This document shows positions 19,002 to 32,300 of a DNA stretch of 64,000 nt, in pieces. The notes under the pieces are model-generated. The model was not told where the DNA came from, did no database searches, and was given only the letters and a program-made list of their open reading frames with translations. How positions within the stretch are numbered: the first letter of the stretch is position 1; the number at the start of each line of letters is the position of its first letter. This DNA is from an uncultured Planctomycetaceae bacterium (GTDB taxonomy: Bacteria; Planctomycetota; Planctomycetia; Isosphaerales; Isosphaeraceae). Made by a program: the position numbers and the translations under genes. Location of the stretch: positions 3,680,001 to 3,744,000 of the forward strand of contig CAWIAD010000002.1 of the NCBI GenBank assembly GCA_963833985.1, read 5' to 3'.

Positions 19002-20663
19002 ATGTTTTCAGCGTCGATCATACCAGCCGGCGGCCTGGATCAATGGACTCTCAGGGGCCTCGTCCTGGCGTTGCTGATGGTGCCTGCCGGGGGCTGCTTG
19101 GCCGAGCTCAAGGCCGCGGACCGGCCACGAGCGGGCGCGGTCAAGAGCGAGAGCGAGGGGCGTGCCGCCTTCATCGACCGGCTGCTCGAGAGCACATGGA
19201 AAAAAGCGGGCGTCACGGCGGCCAGGCCCGCAAGCGACGAGGAGTACCTGAGGCGGGCGTATCTCGATGTGCTGGGCCGGATCCCCACAGTCGCTGAGGC
19301 GCGGGCGTTCTTGCAGACGAAGGAGCGGGACAAGCGCGACAAGCTGGTGGACTACCTGCTGGGGCACGCCGACTACCCCAAGAACCTCGCGACCCAGTGG
19401 ACGATTCTGCTGATCGGCCGGGGCAACCAGGGACGGATGGTAGACAGGGCCGCGCTGGCCAGCTGGCTGCGCAAGCAGTTCGCAGCCAATCGCCCCTGGA
19501 ACGACGTCGTGTACGACCTCGTGACGGCATCCGGCTCGAACAAGGACAACGGCGCGGTCAACTACGTGCTGGCCCATCTGGAATTCGAGGCGGTGCCGCT
19601 CACCTCGCGCACTACGAGGCTCTTCCTGGGCCAGCAGATCCAGTGCACTCAGTGTCATGATCACCCCTCGAACGACTGGAAGCAGGGCGATTTCTGGGGC
19701 ATCAATGCGTTCTTCAAGGGTCTCAGGACCGAGCAAAAGACGGCGACGAGCGCGACCGGTCTGGAGGTCTACGACCACACGGAGCTGCGCGATGAGCCCA
19801 GCGACGCGTATGTCCGGTTCGACAAGCGCAACGGCCTGGTCGGCATCGCATTTCCCAAGTTTCTGAATGGAAAGAAGATCAGCCAGGGGGCCGACGTTAT
19901 CCGGCGCGTCGAGCTGGGCAAGCTGATCGTCGATCCCAGGAACGAAGAGCTGGCGCAGGCGTTTGTGAACCGGACGTGGGCGCACTTCCTCGGCCGCGGG
20001 TTCGTCAATCCCGTGGACGACATTGGCCCGCACAATCCACCGAGCAACCCCGAGCTGCTGGACGAGCTGACGCATGCATTCCAGAAGAGCCGATACGATG
20101 TCAAGCAACTGATTCGCTGGATCATGGCCAGCCGCGCCTACCAGGCCAGCAGCGTGAAGGGGAAGGGGGCCGAGAAGGAGGAGGGGCTCTTCAACGTCAT
20201 GCAGCTTCGGCCCATGTCACCCGAGCAGCTTTTTGACTCGCTGCTCACGGCGACCAGCGCCCATCGAGCGGGCAATGGCGCCCGGAGCGACCAGAAACGG
20301 GACGCCTGGCTGAAGCAGTTTCTGTTCGCCTTCGGCAATGACGAGGGGGACGAAGCGACGAGCTTCCAGGGCACGATTCCCCAGGCGCTGATGATGATGA
20401 ACGGCGAACTGCTGCGTGATGCGCTTTCCGGCAAACCGGGGAGCTTCCTTGCCGATTGCCTCGAGCAGGCAAAATCCCAGCCCCGGGCGCCCGCAGCGTT
20501 CATGGTGAGTCAGATCTATCTGGCAGCCCTCAGCCGTTATCCCACGCGCAAGGAGTTCCAGCGTGCCGGGCAGTATCTCTCGGCCTATCCGGACTCGCTG
20601 CCCGTGCTTCAGGACCTGTTCTGGGCGCTGCTCAATTCCAATGAGTTCATCCTGATCCACTGA
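19002..20663 (+). CDS. DUF1549/DUF1553 (PSD1-type) planctomycete protein
   Basis: ASDEEYLRRAYLDVLGRIPT, FLGQQIQCTQCHDHP, VNRTWAHFLGRGFVNPVDD..NPPSNPELLDEL, DLFWALLNSNEF. Confidence 0.92.
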   Translation: MFSASIIPAGGLDQWTLRGLVLALLMVPAGGCLAELKAADRPRAGAVKSESEGRAAFIDRLLESTWKKAGVTAARPASDEEYLRRAYLDVLGRIPTVAEARAFLQTKERDKRDKLVDYLLGHADYPKNLATQWTILLIGRGNQGRMVDRAALASWLRKQFAANRPWNDVVYDLVTASGSNKDNGAVNYVLAHLEFEAVPLTSRTTRLFLGQQIQCTQCHDHPSNDWKQGDFWGINAFFKGLRTEQKTATSATGLEVYDHTELRDEPSDAYVRFDKRNGLVGIAFPKFLNGKKISQGADVIRRVELGKLIVDPRNEELAQAFVNRTWAHFLGRGFVNPVDDIGPHNPPSNPELLDELTHAFQKSRYDVKQLIRWIMASRAYQASSVKGKGAEKEEGLFNVMQLRPMSPEQLFDSLLTATSAHRAGNGARSDQKRDAWLKQFLFAFGNDEGDEATSFQGTIPQALMMMNGELLRDALSGKPGSFLADCLEQAKSQPRAPAAFMVSQIYLAALSRYPTRKEFQRAGQYLSAYPDSLPVLQDLFWALLNSNEFILIH

Positions 20664-20770
20664 TCACACGATTCTCCTGCTGGAGCCGCCTGCCGGATTC
20701 AGGCATATCGCCTGTACCGGCGTGCCAGCGAGCTTGACCCGAAGGAGCCCTCGCCGTGTTCTCCGCCGAC

Positions 20771-22045
20771 ATGAGGCCTCGAATGCAGCCCAATCGACGC
20801 CATTTCCTGGGCCACCTGACGGCCACGGCCCTGGGCGTTCCGGCCCTTCAGTTTTTCTCCGCCCTGGCCGCCCGCGGCGAGCAGGCGCGGAAGAACCATC
20901 GCAGTTGCATTGTGCTCTGGATGTCCGGCGGTCCGAGCCACCTGGACATCTGGGACCTGAAGCCCGAGAGCGACAAGAACGGCGGCCCCTTCCGGCCGAT
21001 TGCCACATCCGCGCCCGGCGTCCAGATCTCCGAGCACATGCCCCGGATGGCCAGGCAAATGCAGCACATGAGCATCATTCGCTCTCTCGATTCCAAGGAA
21101 GGCAATCACGACCGCGGGACATACCTGATGCACTCGGGATACGCCCCGAACCCGACGGTGGTGCACCCCGGCTGGGGGTCGATCGCCGCTTATGAGCTGG
21201 GAGAGCAGCTCAAGAACCTGGATTTGCCCCACTGCGTGGCCATCAACGAGCCCGGCATGGGAGCGGGTTTTCTGGGCATGTCATACTCGCCGTTCGTGGT
21301 GCAAAACCCGAACGCGCCGATTGCGAACCTGAAGCCGCCAGGGGATGTCGACTCGCAGCGGTTCGATCGCCGGCTGGAGATGCTCTCACACCTGGAGAAC
21401 GACTTCATCGCCACGCGCCGCAGCTCCATGGCCGTGGACCACAAGGCGATCTATGGCAAGACGATCCGCATGATGAACTCGAAATACAAGGAAATCTTCA
21501 ACCTGAAGACCGAGGCGCCGGCCGTTCGAGAAGCCTACGGAGCCGGTTCGTTCGGCTCCGGCTGCCTGATGGCCCGCCGGCTGGTGGAGCAGGGGGTGAC
21601 CTACGTGGAGGTCGCGCTGGGCGGCTGGGACACGCACGCCAACAACTTCGAGACGCTGTCGAAGCGGCTGCTCCCCGAGCTGGACCAGGGCATGTCCGCC
21701 CTGGTGGCCGACCTGGCCCAGCGGGGCTTGCTGGAGAGCACCCTGGTGGTCTGGATGGGCGAGTTCGGCCGTACGCCCCGGATCAACCAGAATGCCGGCC
21801 GCGATCACTGGCCGCGGAGCTGGTCGGTGGTGGTCGGCGGGGGCGGGACACGAGGCGGTCAAACGGTGGGCGCGACCGACCGGGACGGCGTGGATATCAC
21901 GGAACGCCCGGTCGGCGTGATGGACCTGATCGCCACGATGACGAAGAGCATGGGCATCAACATCGATACCCAGTACACCACGCCGCGCGGCCGGCCCTTG
22001 AAGGTGGTTGACGGCGGCCAGCCAATTCGCGAGCTGATCGGCTGA
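20771..22045 (+). CDS. DUF1501 family protein (Tat-like signal)
   Basis: NRRHFL; IVLWMSGGPSHLDIWDLKP; CLMARRLVEQGV; WDTH; MGEFGRTPRIN..GRDHW. Confidence 0.93.
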   Translation: MRPRMQPNRRHFLGHLTATALGVPALQFFSALAARGEQARKNHRSCIVLWMSGGPSHLDIWDLKPESDKNGGPFRPIATSAPGVQISEHMPRMARQMQHMSIIRSLDSKEGNHDRGTYLMHSGYAPNPTVVHPGWGSIAAYELGEQLKNLDLPHCVAINEPGMGAGFLGMSYSPFVVQNPNAPIANLKPPGDVDSQRFDRRLEMLSHLENDFIATRRSSMAVDHKAIYGKTIRMMNSKYKEIFNLKTEAPAVREAYGAGSFGSGCLMARRLVEQGVTYVEVALGGWDTHANNFETLSKRLLPELDQGMSALVADLAQRGLLESTLVVWMGEFGRTPRINQNAGRDHWPRSWSVVVGGGGTRGGQTVGATDRDGVDITERPVGVMDLIATMTKSMGINIDTQYTTPRGRPLKVVDGGQPIRELIG

Positions 22046-22088
22046 AACAGTTCAAACGGCACGCAAGGTGAGTGCTCAGGGCCGGCTC

Positions 22089-25000
22089 TCACCCGTTCGC
22101 GGTGGCAGCCCGGGGCGCAGCCGGCTTGGACCAGCCCAGGCAGGCCGGCAGCAGGCCGCAAATCACGGCCGCCGGTCCGCCCAGCAAGGCGAGCATGCCA
22201 AGGCAGCCCGCCAGCATCATCAGGCACATTGTAGCCGGGTGCCTGCGCACCAGCGCCGCGGGGAGCAGCAGCACCAGCAGTCCCAGCGTCAAGATCAGCC
22301 GCGCGCGATCGGGAGGCACGCTCTCCAGGGACGTGGGGCTCTCAACCGTTCCGCCAACGCGGGTCGGCGGCTCGTTCAATCCCGAGCTCAGACCGATGAG
22401 GTAGGAAGGCCGACCCAGGTGGCGGAGCCGGTCCGGACCAGCCGGCTCGGGCACGGCGGCCCGGAAGCTGGCCGAGGTGCTCGAGCTCAGTCCCAGATAG
22501 CTGCGGGCCGCCTCGAGCTCATCATCCATGGCGGCGGTGCGGAGCAGCTCGAGGAGGGCCTTGCGCGTGGATTGAATCACTTCCAGATCACGCTCCGCGC
22601 GCTCCTTGCGGGTCCGGTCGCCGGCTCGGGCGCTGTCGCGCAGCGACTGTTCCGCGCTTCTCAGCGCCAGTTCGTGCGCAATCAGGAGGGCCGTGGCTCG
22701 TTCCCGGTCGCGGCCCGAGCTGCGATCGATCTGCGCGATGAAGTCGCTGATCTGCTGCGCGATGCGATCGGCCCGCTCCAGCTCCATGCGGTCGGGCACC
22801 GTCAGTTCCAGACCCGCGAGCGACGGCTTGGCGGCCAGTGTCTCAGGCAGGTGCAGCGTGAGCAGAGTGCTGATACGACCCAGCCCCGCACGGGGGAGCA
22901 TGAGCGACCAGTCAAAACCATGGGAGTCTCCTTGCTGGCACGCGGCGTTCCAGAAGAGTGAGACGCGCCCTGGTCCCTGGCCTCCCAGCGGAACCAGCCA
23001 CTTGCCGTCGCTGGAACGGAATGGCGACGTGGGCGTCTGGTCGACCGTGGCGTGAACCAGCTCGCTGCCGGTGGGGACCTCGGCGACGAGAAACCGTCCG
23101 GAGCGAGGCCGGGTCTCGTAGACGGCACGGCCCTGAACCGATTGATCCGGCAAGACCGTGACGTCGATATCGGCCGCAGTCACCACGGCGGATTCGCTGG
23201 CCGTTTCCGCGGTATCGTCCGCGGCGACGGGGACCTGGACCTTCAGGGACCAGATCTCTTGCTGGACATGAAACGCCCGGGAGCTCGTTCCGGGAGCCTC
23301 GCCGAACTCCGCGTCCGTGAAGTGGTTGGTGCGGCGAACCTCGTGCAGCCCGCTTGATCCCGCGGTGGTCAGCGGCCTCCCGGTGGCATAGACGAGTCCG
23401 AGATACGTATCCACGCTGCCGTACCCGAGCGGTGCGATCTCGGGAAACTGCAATTCCTGACCCGGCAAGAGACGTATCGACGAGCGCACCACGAGGTGCT
23501 GCACGCCCCAGACGGCGTGTGCGGGCGTGATCTTCCACAGCACGAACGGGCCGAGCGCATCGGAACGGACGTCGAACTTTCCTCCAGCCACAACCACCTG
23601 TGCGTTCGCGGCCCACGAAGGGGAAAGCCTGAGATGAATGGAGTCCAGCGCACCTCCTAGCACCCGGTAGCGGAGCACGGCAGTCCACTCTGCGGATTCC
23701 GGATTGACGGTGATCTGGCTCTCGATCTGCACGTTCACGCCGGGGGGAGCCGAGCTCCATTTCAGAAGACCGAGCTTCGTCGGGTCGCTTACCCGATAGA
23801 TCTGCCGCGTGGGTACACCGGACGCCCCGGTTGCCGGCTCTCCGGACCGCGGCGCCAGGCCTGCCGCCTCGCTGACCTGATGGCTCGTCGGGGAGACGAT
23901 GGTCAGAGTGGACGACGAAGCGTCCATGCCCAGGACCTCAACCCACGGCGTCGCCCGCTGCAAGGGCTGGCTACCGGTTCTCAGGGGATCCTCGGCCACG
24001 GGTATCCAGCCGGACAGCTTCAACTGTCGCCGCGATCGAGAAAAGACTCGATCGTACCGCAGCACAAGACGTCCGGGGCCGGGCCGGCTCCAGGCCGAAA
24101 GCGCATCGGAATGGACGCTCAGGACGACGAGTTCGGGCGGAATGGCCATCTCCAGGCGGTCCAGTGTGCCGGCCACGTCGTCGAGGTCGGCCTCGAACTG
24201 GACGTCGATACGACCCGGCTGGATGCTCAGTAGAACGGACGGCTTGATCTTCACGTGGGGGCGAGCCGGTCCCGTGAGCAGGCTCGGAGAATACTCGCGG
24301 CTCAGCCGGCAAGTGCCGGCGAGCGTGAGCCTGTCGTCGGGCAAGGGGCCCCAGAGCTTGACGAAACTCTCGTCGCTCAAGGAGTCCGTGCCCACGACCG
24401 GCTCGAGCCGGCCGGTCCAGTGCCCGGGCCTGCGCAGCCCGAGCAGGCCGGAGTAGCGTTCCACGCCGGTGGGCTCCAGGTACGGGAAGCGGCGGACCGA
24501 TTCACCTGCCGGCCGATCAGCCGGTGCCGTTCTCGCCTCCTCCGCGGCCGGCGGCGACACGGGCCGCCAGAGGTCGAGCATCAGGACATCGCCGTCCTTC
24601 AACGGTGGATCCAATCGCGCTGTCCACACCGGCCGCTCGGCAGTGCCGTCCCAGGAGGCGTCGATCAGGCCGGGGATCGCGGCCGAGCGGACCATCAGGC
24701 CCGGATCCACCTGAAAGCTCACGCTTGAAGCTCCCCGCGTTCCCCGGTAGGTGAACCTCGCATGAACGCGGTCGCCGGCTGGCTCGATGTCCCAGAGCAC
24801 GATGCTTTCAAGACTCACTCCGGCGCCTGGGCCGCCGGGTCGAGCCGTTCCCCGGAGTCGATCTCCACCTGCCGTACCGGGCCGAGGTCGGCCAGGAGCG
24901 GCTCGCCAGGCGTGTCGGTCAGCTTGCCGCGCGCATTCACAGAGACTTGCGTTCCGGGCCGCGACAGCAAGGAACCGGCCGGACGCTCCAGAATAAGTCG

Positions 25001-28000
25001 CGCCGAGGGCGAGGGGTTCACGGGAAAGACGAGAGTGGTCGCCGGCCCCTGGGCTGGCGCAGTGATCGACCTGCGAACTCTCAGGTTGAACATGCCTGGC
25101 CCCGGAATCGTCATCGTTGCCTGCTGCCCGCCGGCCTCGATGAACAGCGGGACGGCCCGGCCATCGAGCTCCGCGGCGATGTCATGCGCACCAGAGATGG
25201 GAACTTTCCAGGAAGCTGCCGGCCCAGCGCTGGCCTCGAACTCCAGCTCGCTCACGAGCAGGACCTCATTCGCGGCGATCCGCTGGACGCGGTGGGTCGC
25301 TCCGGTCAGGACCACCTCGCCCGGCGGCGCGGGGGCAGGGCGCCCGGCAAGCTGTTGAAGCCGCTGATAATCGGTCTCACGGAGCAAGACCTGCGTCGCG
25401 GGCCGGGCGGGGTCGTACGTACCCTCGTAAGGGAGCAACACGGGAATCGGCCCCTGAACCTCACGGCGGGCTGTGGCCTGGCCCTGCACCAGCAACAAAG
25501 CCGCTACCACCAGCAGCGGGGCACTGCGCAAAGACGGGCGCGAGAGCGCGGATCGCGCGGGTTGGCCACGCCCGGGCCGTGCTCCCCGGCCGGGCAGGCG
25601 GAAGCTGACCTGACGTCCCAGGCCGTAAAGCAAGCTGGCCAGCGCACCGGCGCAGACTCCCGCCGCCGGAGCGGCCAGGTCTCCATCGCGCCAGAGATGC
25701 AGGAGCACCGCCAGCGCGATTGTGACCAGCGCCGCGATTCCATGGAGGGGCGCGCCGGACTGGCGGCGCTGACCGGCCCAAAGGACGACAAACACGACGA
25801 TGGCGACCAGCCAGCTCACGCAGCATTCCCAGCGTTCGTCCCTCAGCTCCACCTGGCTCCTTTCGGTCGGCCAGGCCGCGCCGATGAATTTCCAGGTCGT
25901 CCAGCCGGGCAGCTCGCGCAGCACATTTTCCGCTTTGCTTCCCGGCGGCTCAAACGGGGTGATCTCGCCACGCCAGCGCATGGAAGTCTGAAACCGATCC
26001 GATCGATCGGAACCCCACAAGAGCGCCTCACTCACGGCCTGGCTCCAGGAATCTGCCTGCTCCCGCGCTGGCTGCGGTCTGTGACGTGATGAGCAGCGTG
26101 GAATCGAAGCGCAGCAGAGCCAGGCCGAACTGTTCGAGGGTAAGTACCGCGGCAGGCCTCCCCCCCGCGGCCGCGCGAATCGGATTGCACCGCGCCCGCG
26201 GCCCCAATCCGGCGGCACTCAGGGCAAGCCGGTCGACCAGCAGCGGGGTCGCCGCCGAGTCCCACCGAGTGAACCACTCAGCGACGGTCAGCTCGCCGGG
26301 CGGCGCACCGGCCAGCATCTCGTCGAGCCGGCGGTAGACTTCCTCGCCAACCAGCCGGGTGGACGGTGTGCGGTCCAACCAGCGCCATTCCGGTATTCCC
26401 AGCATTCCGAACGGCCAGCCCGGCCCGGATGCACGGTCACCGCACAACATACCCGTGCTGGTCGCAGTGAGCTTCCAGTGCGGCTGGGTGATCAGCTCCC
26501 AGCTGAAGGAAAGGCATGGCAATCCCAGTCGCGGCACCGCGGGGCGGATGGCCGAGCCCGATGCAACGGTCTTTCCGTTCGTCTCGTAGTCCAGATCCAC
26601 GGTCTTGTAGCGTAAACCCGAGGCGTTGCGCTGGAGCGCGATCGAGAGCGACGTGCCGTGAACAACTGGCGTCACGGCCGTCCCGTCAAGCTGGGCCGCG
26701 ATGAGCCGGCTGTCCGGGGGCATGTCGAACCGGAGGTCGGCGAACTGCTCGGCATGCAAGGTGATTCGCAGCCGGTTGAGCCACACTCCGCTAGTGTGCA
26801 GGACTGTGGTCAGGTAGGCATCGCGGATGACGCCGGCCCTGGGGTGCTCCTCGAGCGGCTCGGTGCTGAGCTCCAGCGCGCCTCCCGGTTCGGTGAACGT
26901 GAAGGCGCAAGCGGTCAGATCGCTCCGGCCTGGTGCTGCCGGCGGTCGCTCCGGCCTCGGTCCGGCCTCCTGCCGTCGCAGGTCGGCGACCCGTTCCGCG
27001 TAGCCTGGTTCCAGCCGGCGTAGACCCGCGGTCTTGACCGCCAGCCGCATGTGCACTGGAACCTGCACGAGCACCGTGGTCCTGGGAAGAAGCGTCCTCG
27101 GTGCCGAGAGCAGCGGTACCGGGCCGCCATGGTTCCAGGGCAGGCGCGCCTCGAACTCCAGGCGCGTGGGCACGTCAACGGGGGAGCCCAGGCGAACCCC
27201 CCAGGCCAGTCCGGCCTCAGGCAGACCGAGGAGCGACCGCACGGGCTGATCCAGGGGCTCCGCGGCCAGCGTGCTCCTGTCTCGGCCGGCTCGGAACGTC
27301 CAGGCAACCGAGCCGGAGGACGGCGAATTGATCCAGATTGGCAGGACGTCCAGCGGCCGGCTGCCCGGCTTCACCGTGATCTGCCCCGCCAGCGCCAGGT
27401 GGCTGCCGTCCTGCTCGATCCGTGCTCGGTAGCTGATCTCGACCCTGGGATCTTGATCGACCTGGTCGATCTCCACCGTGGCAGACGCAAGCTCGCCGGT
27501 CCAGCGCCAGGCAAGGGCGGGGCGGGAGTCCGGGCCAGGGACTGCGGCAGAGTCCTCCGTTTCCTTGGCCGGCGGGGGATCGAGCCATGCCAGCCCGTGC
27601 GCCGCGATCGGCCTGAGCGTCGTGCTTTCCTCGGCCGTCGCCACCCAGCTCTCGTCGCTCACAACCATGCCCAGAGGGCGGGCGCGAGGAAGGACCAGCG
27701 GTCCGCGGCCATTGGGCGCTGTGGCTGAGGCGGAGATCTGGAGGGTCTGCCCTTGTGGTGCTGCCTCTCCCCCTGGAATCAGGATGTGCAATCGGGTGCT
27801 ACCGTCGGCCTGGATCGTCGGCTGCCAGGAAATCGCGTCGTCCAGTCCGCCGTAGCGCACCCGTCCAGGCGTCCAGGTTGCCGGCAGGTCGATATCGAGT
27901 TCTCGCCCGGAAATGCTGCCGCCCAGGCCGCTCAGTTCGCATTCCATGGCGGGTGCCGACGTGCCGACCAGCAGCCGGCCCCTGACCAGGCACGGCGGCA

Positions 28001-29207
28001 CAGCGGAGGACTGGCGAAAGACGAGGTCGGCAACCGGCTCCGGGGAGCTCGATTCGAAGATGATCGCCCCGGCGCTTGCGGGCTCACTTCCTTGCGACGG
28101 CACCCGCCGGCCGGCACGCTCGCGGCAATCCTCGATGATCCGCAGCGGATCGACGGAAACCGCCGTGGTACCGCCGGTCCACACGGCGTCGAGGGGCTGG
28201 ATGGCCGGAACGGTCCAGAGTCCCTCCAGCGGAGCCCTGGCGTGCGCCTCGAAGGTCACCATCGAGGGAGTCCCGCTGACGGCGGCCAGGGAGACACGAA
28301 CCCGAGTGCCCGCGCCGGTGCGTTCGGACTGAAAGTCCTTGACGGTCGGTCCGGACACACCGATCAGCTCCAAGCCCGGGCTGAGTTCGGCCGACAGCTG
28401 GATCGGGCCGCGGCGATCCGTCTGGACAGTCCAGTCGGTTCTCCAGTTCGCCGGTGCCAGGTTGCCCGCGACGGGCGCGCCGAGAAATATCCGGGTCGGT
28501 CCGTTGACCCAGACCAGCGATTGTTCACGCGGTGACGACGGCCGGAGGCTCGGGATCAGGTGCAGGTTGGTCAGCGCCGGCTTGCCATGAAACCTCCACG
28601 ACCGGAAGCCTTCCGTCGCGCAGGGAAGGGGCCCCTCGCGAAAACCCGCGGGCCCCATGGGCACCAGGCCCACGGGTACCTCGAGGGTAAGCTCGGTGGT
28701 GTCTTCGCCGGGGAGTCCCAGGGCGAAGCTTCTGCCATCGGAACCAGGCCGCGCACGCAGGTCCCAGCTCAGGACCACGTCGCGCTGCACGCCGGGGCTG
28801 GCTGCCGGCGGCTCGACCCGCAGCACTGTCTGGCCGGCCAGATTCGTGCCGACCAGGGCCTGTCGGTCCGCGATCGGATGGGCCATCGGGGTCCATGGTT
28901 CGAGTACAAGGCTGGCTCGCCTCTCGCCCGGGACCGACACCGCCAGCCGGCTCTCTCCGTGCAAGACTCCCGCGTTCCAGCGTGCGCGGTGCCGGGCTCG
29001 GATCAACCTGGGTGCCGGCGCGAACCCCTCCGGCGGCACCGCCCGCGTGGCCGCATCCAGCAGTGATTCGAACCGTTCGGCGGAGAGTCTCCGCACCGCG
29101 GTCCCCGCAGGAAACCAGTCTCCGGCGGCGGCCGATGGAACGTGCACCCGGATGATCTCAGGGGGCGAAGCACCGGTCGTCGCAATCAGCAAGCCCAGGA
29201 GCAGCAT
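22089..29207 (-). CDS. Giant uncharacterised exported/membrane protein (about 2,370 aa if joined across apparent frameshifts near 26050 and 24816)
   Basis: Consecutive overlapping minus-strand ORFs 26028..29354, 24815..26218 and 22089..24818 with continuous protein-like character; signal peptide MLLLGLLIATTGA at 29207; internal and C-terminal TM segments. Confidence 0.6.
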
Positions 29208-29350
29208 GACGGCTCCTGGATGCTTCCCCGATCGTCCACCCCATTCCACCGGCCGTGCGGGCGCCGCGTCACATTGCCGGCGGTGCCGGGAAAACACAAG
29301 GGCACCTCCCGCGGGCCCGTCGCCGCTGGGGGCCGAGTGAGCCGATGAGA

Positions 29351-32300
29351 TCATCCCGGATGCCCCAGACGGGAGCCGCGTCCGGTGTTCTGGTCGGGCG
29401 CGAGGACCAGCGCCTGAGGCGCAAAGTCCATGGTGGAGGAAGCGCGTGCGCGGATGGCCGTCGAGTCGTCGGAGCCGACACCTTCCGGCCGCACCAGCGA
29501 GCCGTCGTCCACGGCCGACGGCGAAGCGGCCGCACCTGCCTGGGACGACGGGGCGATCGTCGGAAGCCGGGCGGACCTGGCGCGTGCAACCAGCCCCTGA
29601 AGCGTGAAGCCCAGCACGGTCAGTACGATGCCGCCGAATGCCGACTGTACCGCAAGGACCAGGGCGCTATGATGCACAATAGCAGAGAACACCAGGCCGA
29701 GGGTGGCGACAACCACCCAGATCGCGCGGAACGGCACCCGGGAAAACATGAGCACAAAACCGACCAGCAGCACGCCGCCGGAGCAGCAGACGATGAGGCC
29801 CACGCGGCTGGCCAGCCACGGGTCCAGGGGTGTGGGCTTGCCCGCGCGGCCGAAGAGGTAGCCGTGCGCGCCGTCGGGCTCCTCCGCCGCCAGTTCGTCC
29901 TCGGGCTCGGTCGTCTGTGCCGCCGATCCGGCAACCCAGCTCAGCAGCTTGGCAGCAGCCCTTGATGGCCTTCGTTTCCAGACGTAAGCATCCCAGTACC
30001 AATCGTTGGCGTCATCCCAGCCGCGCGGAACGCCCACGATGGCCTCGGTCCAGGGAATCCGGACTTCCCAGAGCGACTGCCCCAGCACCGCGTCGTCGGG
30101 CAATTGGGGCGGTGGGCAGAGCCCGCCGGAGGGACGGCTCGCGAGCTGATACTCGACCTCCAGGAGCACTGGCCGCGTGGGCGGCTCGGCAGGCAAGGCG
30201 ACACGATACGATTGGCCCGGAGCTTCGCGTTCGACCTGGTCGGTCACGCGGCCGTCCACGCGTGCCCGGATCCAGCGGGCGTCATCGGGCAGGCGCAGCG
30301 AGACGGCGACCGGATGCGTGTCCATCCAGTACCAGGCACGCGTTCTCGACTCGTGATCGGCAGTCAGCACGGTGCGTAGCAGCGTGCGGGGTACGACCAG
30401 GGACGGCAGCGCGAGTTGATCGAGCAGTCCCACCGACAGCGCGAAGCCGGATGCGGGATCAGCGGGCCTGGTGAGGCGGTAACTCCGCGTGCGCTCCCCG
30501 GCGGTGACGGTGTCGGCTGGAGCGTCCAGGGGTGTCCAGGCTCCATCGCGACTGGCGAGTGTCACTCCCGGTGCGGACGTGAGGTCGAGCCTGGTTGACG
30601 ATGACGTTCCTTGCTCGAAGACAAATCGGGGAATGAGCGCCTGCGTCTCGGCAGCTCCCGGTCCGGCCAGCCCCAGTGGAAGCTGGAAGCGGAAGGTCAG
30701 CAGCGTGCTTTCGGTGACCGGCGGATCGAAGACGAGCCGGAATCGCCCGGGACCCTCGGGCGGGTGATCCAGCTCCTCTCGCCTGAGCGTCTCCTTGCCC
30801 TGGACTTGCCAGACCTGCGAGCGCGACAGCGGTACCAGGACGACCAGAGCACTCAAGGCGCCGTGGCGGACGTGCAGCTCGGTGTCCTGCCGCACCTCGA
30901 TCAGCCGCTGGTTCACCCTGGCCGAGATCCGGGTGTCATGGTCAATCTGCGTCCTGTGCCGGACGAGCCGGCCGGTCAACCAGCGCGGGTTCTGGCTACT
31001 CTTGAGCAAGGCGATGGGCATGCGCTCGATGGACCCGGCTTTCGGGATGGCCGTCGCTTCCGGGGTTGGCAGTTGCCGGAACGACCCGGATTCTCCGCGT
31101 CCACGTTCCGCGAGACCGTCGGCAACCTCGAAGCTCACCCGGCGGTCAGCAAGCAGGGACACCAGGTTGGTGTTCGATAGGCCGTCGCGAACCGAGAAGA
31201 GACCCAGCCGAACCGGGCCATCACCGCCCGTGCGCTCCTGGCCGCGCAGCCGGAGCGAGAACATCTTCAGAACGCGAGCCTGCGGAGTGAGGTGAAGCAC
31301 CAGCACCTGCCCCTGCCCATGGTCCGCCTCCCTCTGATCGAGGACGCCCGCCGTGGCTGATTCCGGATGGGCGACCGCGGACTCCACCACTTCCGCCGGT
31401 CCCACCGAGGTCAGTTGCAAGCCGGGCGGCACGAGGATCTCGATCTCGAAGAGCCGCCCGCGCACGCGCTGCACCTGGAACACCGAATCTACCTGGACAT
31501 TCTGTTCATCGATGACCAGCCGGGTCGTCGCGTCCGCGCGATAGAGCGGAGGCGAGCTCCTCGATGCCCAGCGTGAGTCGGAAGGGCTGATCGACAAACT
31601 GGTAAGCCGTGGTGGTGCCCGGCCGCGCGCAGCTCGGTGGGCAGTTCGCGGGGATCAATGCGATGCAACCCCTGAGCGGCCTTCACCTGGACCCAGAGAT
31701 TCGCCGCCTGCGTGATCCCGATGGCGCCGGACTGCTCGGCGGCATTGCCAAGGGGGAACCCGGAGAATGCGTAGGTCCGCGGGGCGGCGATCGGGAAGGC
31801 GCGCCGCGTCTCCATCACCAGATGATGTGTCATTCCCGGCCGCATCGCCTCGCCAAGCGGAATGGAAAGCAAATCATGCTCGATGCCCGCGACCAGGAAC
31901 TGGTCGTCGAGCTTGAGCGTTTGCACGACGTCTTGCTCGTCGATGCGGATCTCGAGCTTGCGGGCGATGCCCCGGACGCAACGGACGACCCACGAGGAGC
32001 GCGTGGTCACGGCCTCCAGGTCGGCGTCGATCGAGATCTCCACCTGGGTGGCCAGCAGTGGAGGCGCAGGCGCTCCCGACCCGGCTTCATCGGTCCAGTC
32101 CACGATCAACCGGGATCGCGGAGAGAGATGCGCCGTGATGCGCGTTCCCTTTCCTCCCGCAATGGCGGTCCTGGAAAGGGTGCCCGCGGGGCCGACCTCC
32201 ACGTCCTGCACGGGATGCGGAATCTCCAACTCCAGGGAGGTCGAGGCCGCTTCGGGAATTGCCAGCGCCAGGCGAGTCCGGCCAAGGCTGGAGCTGACCG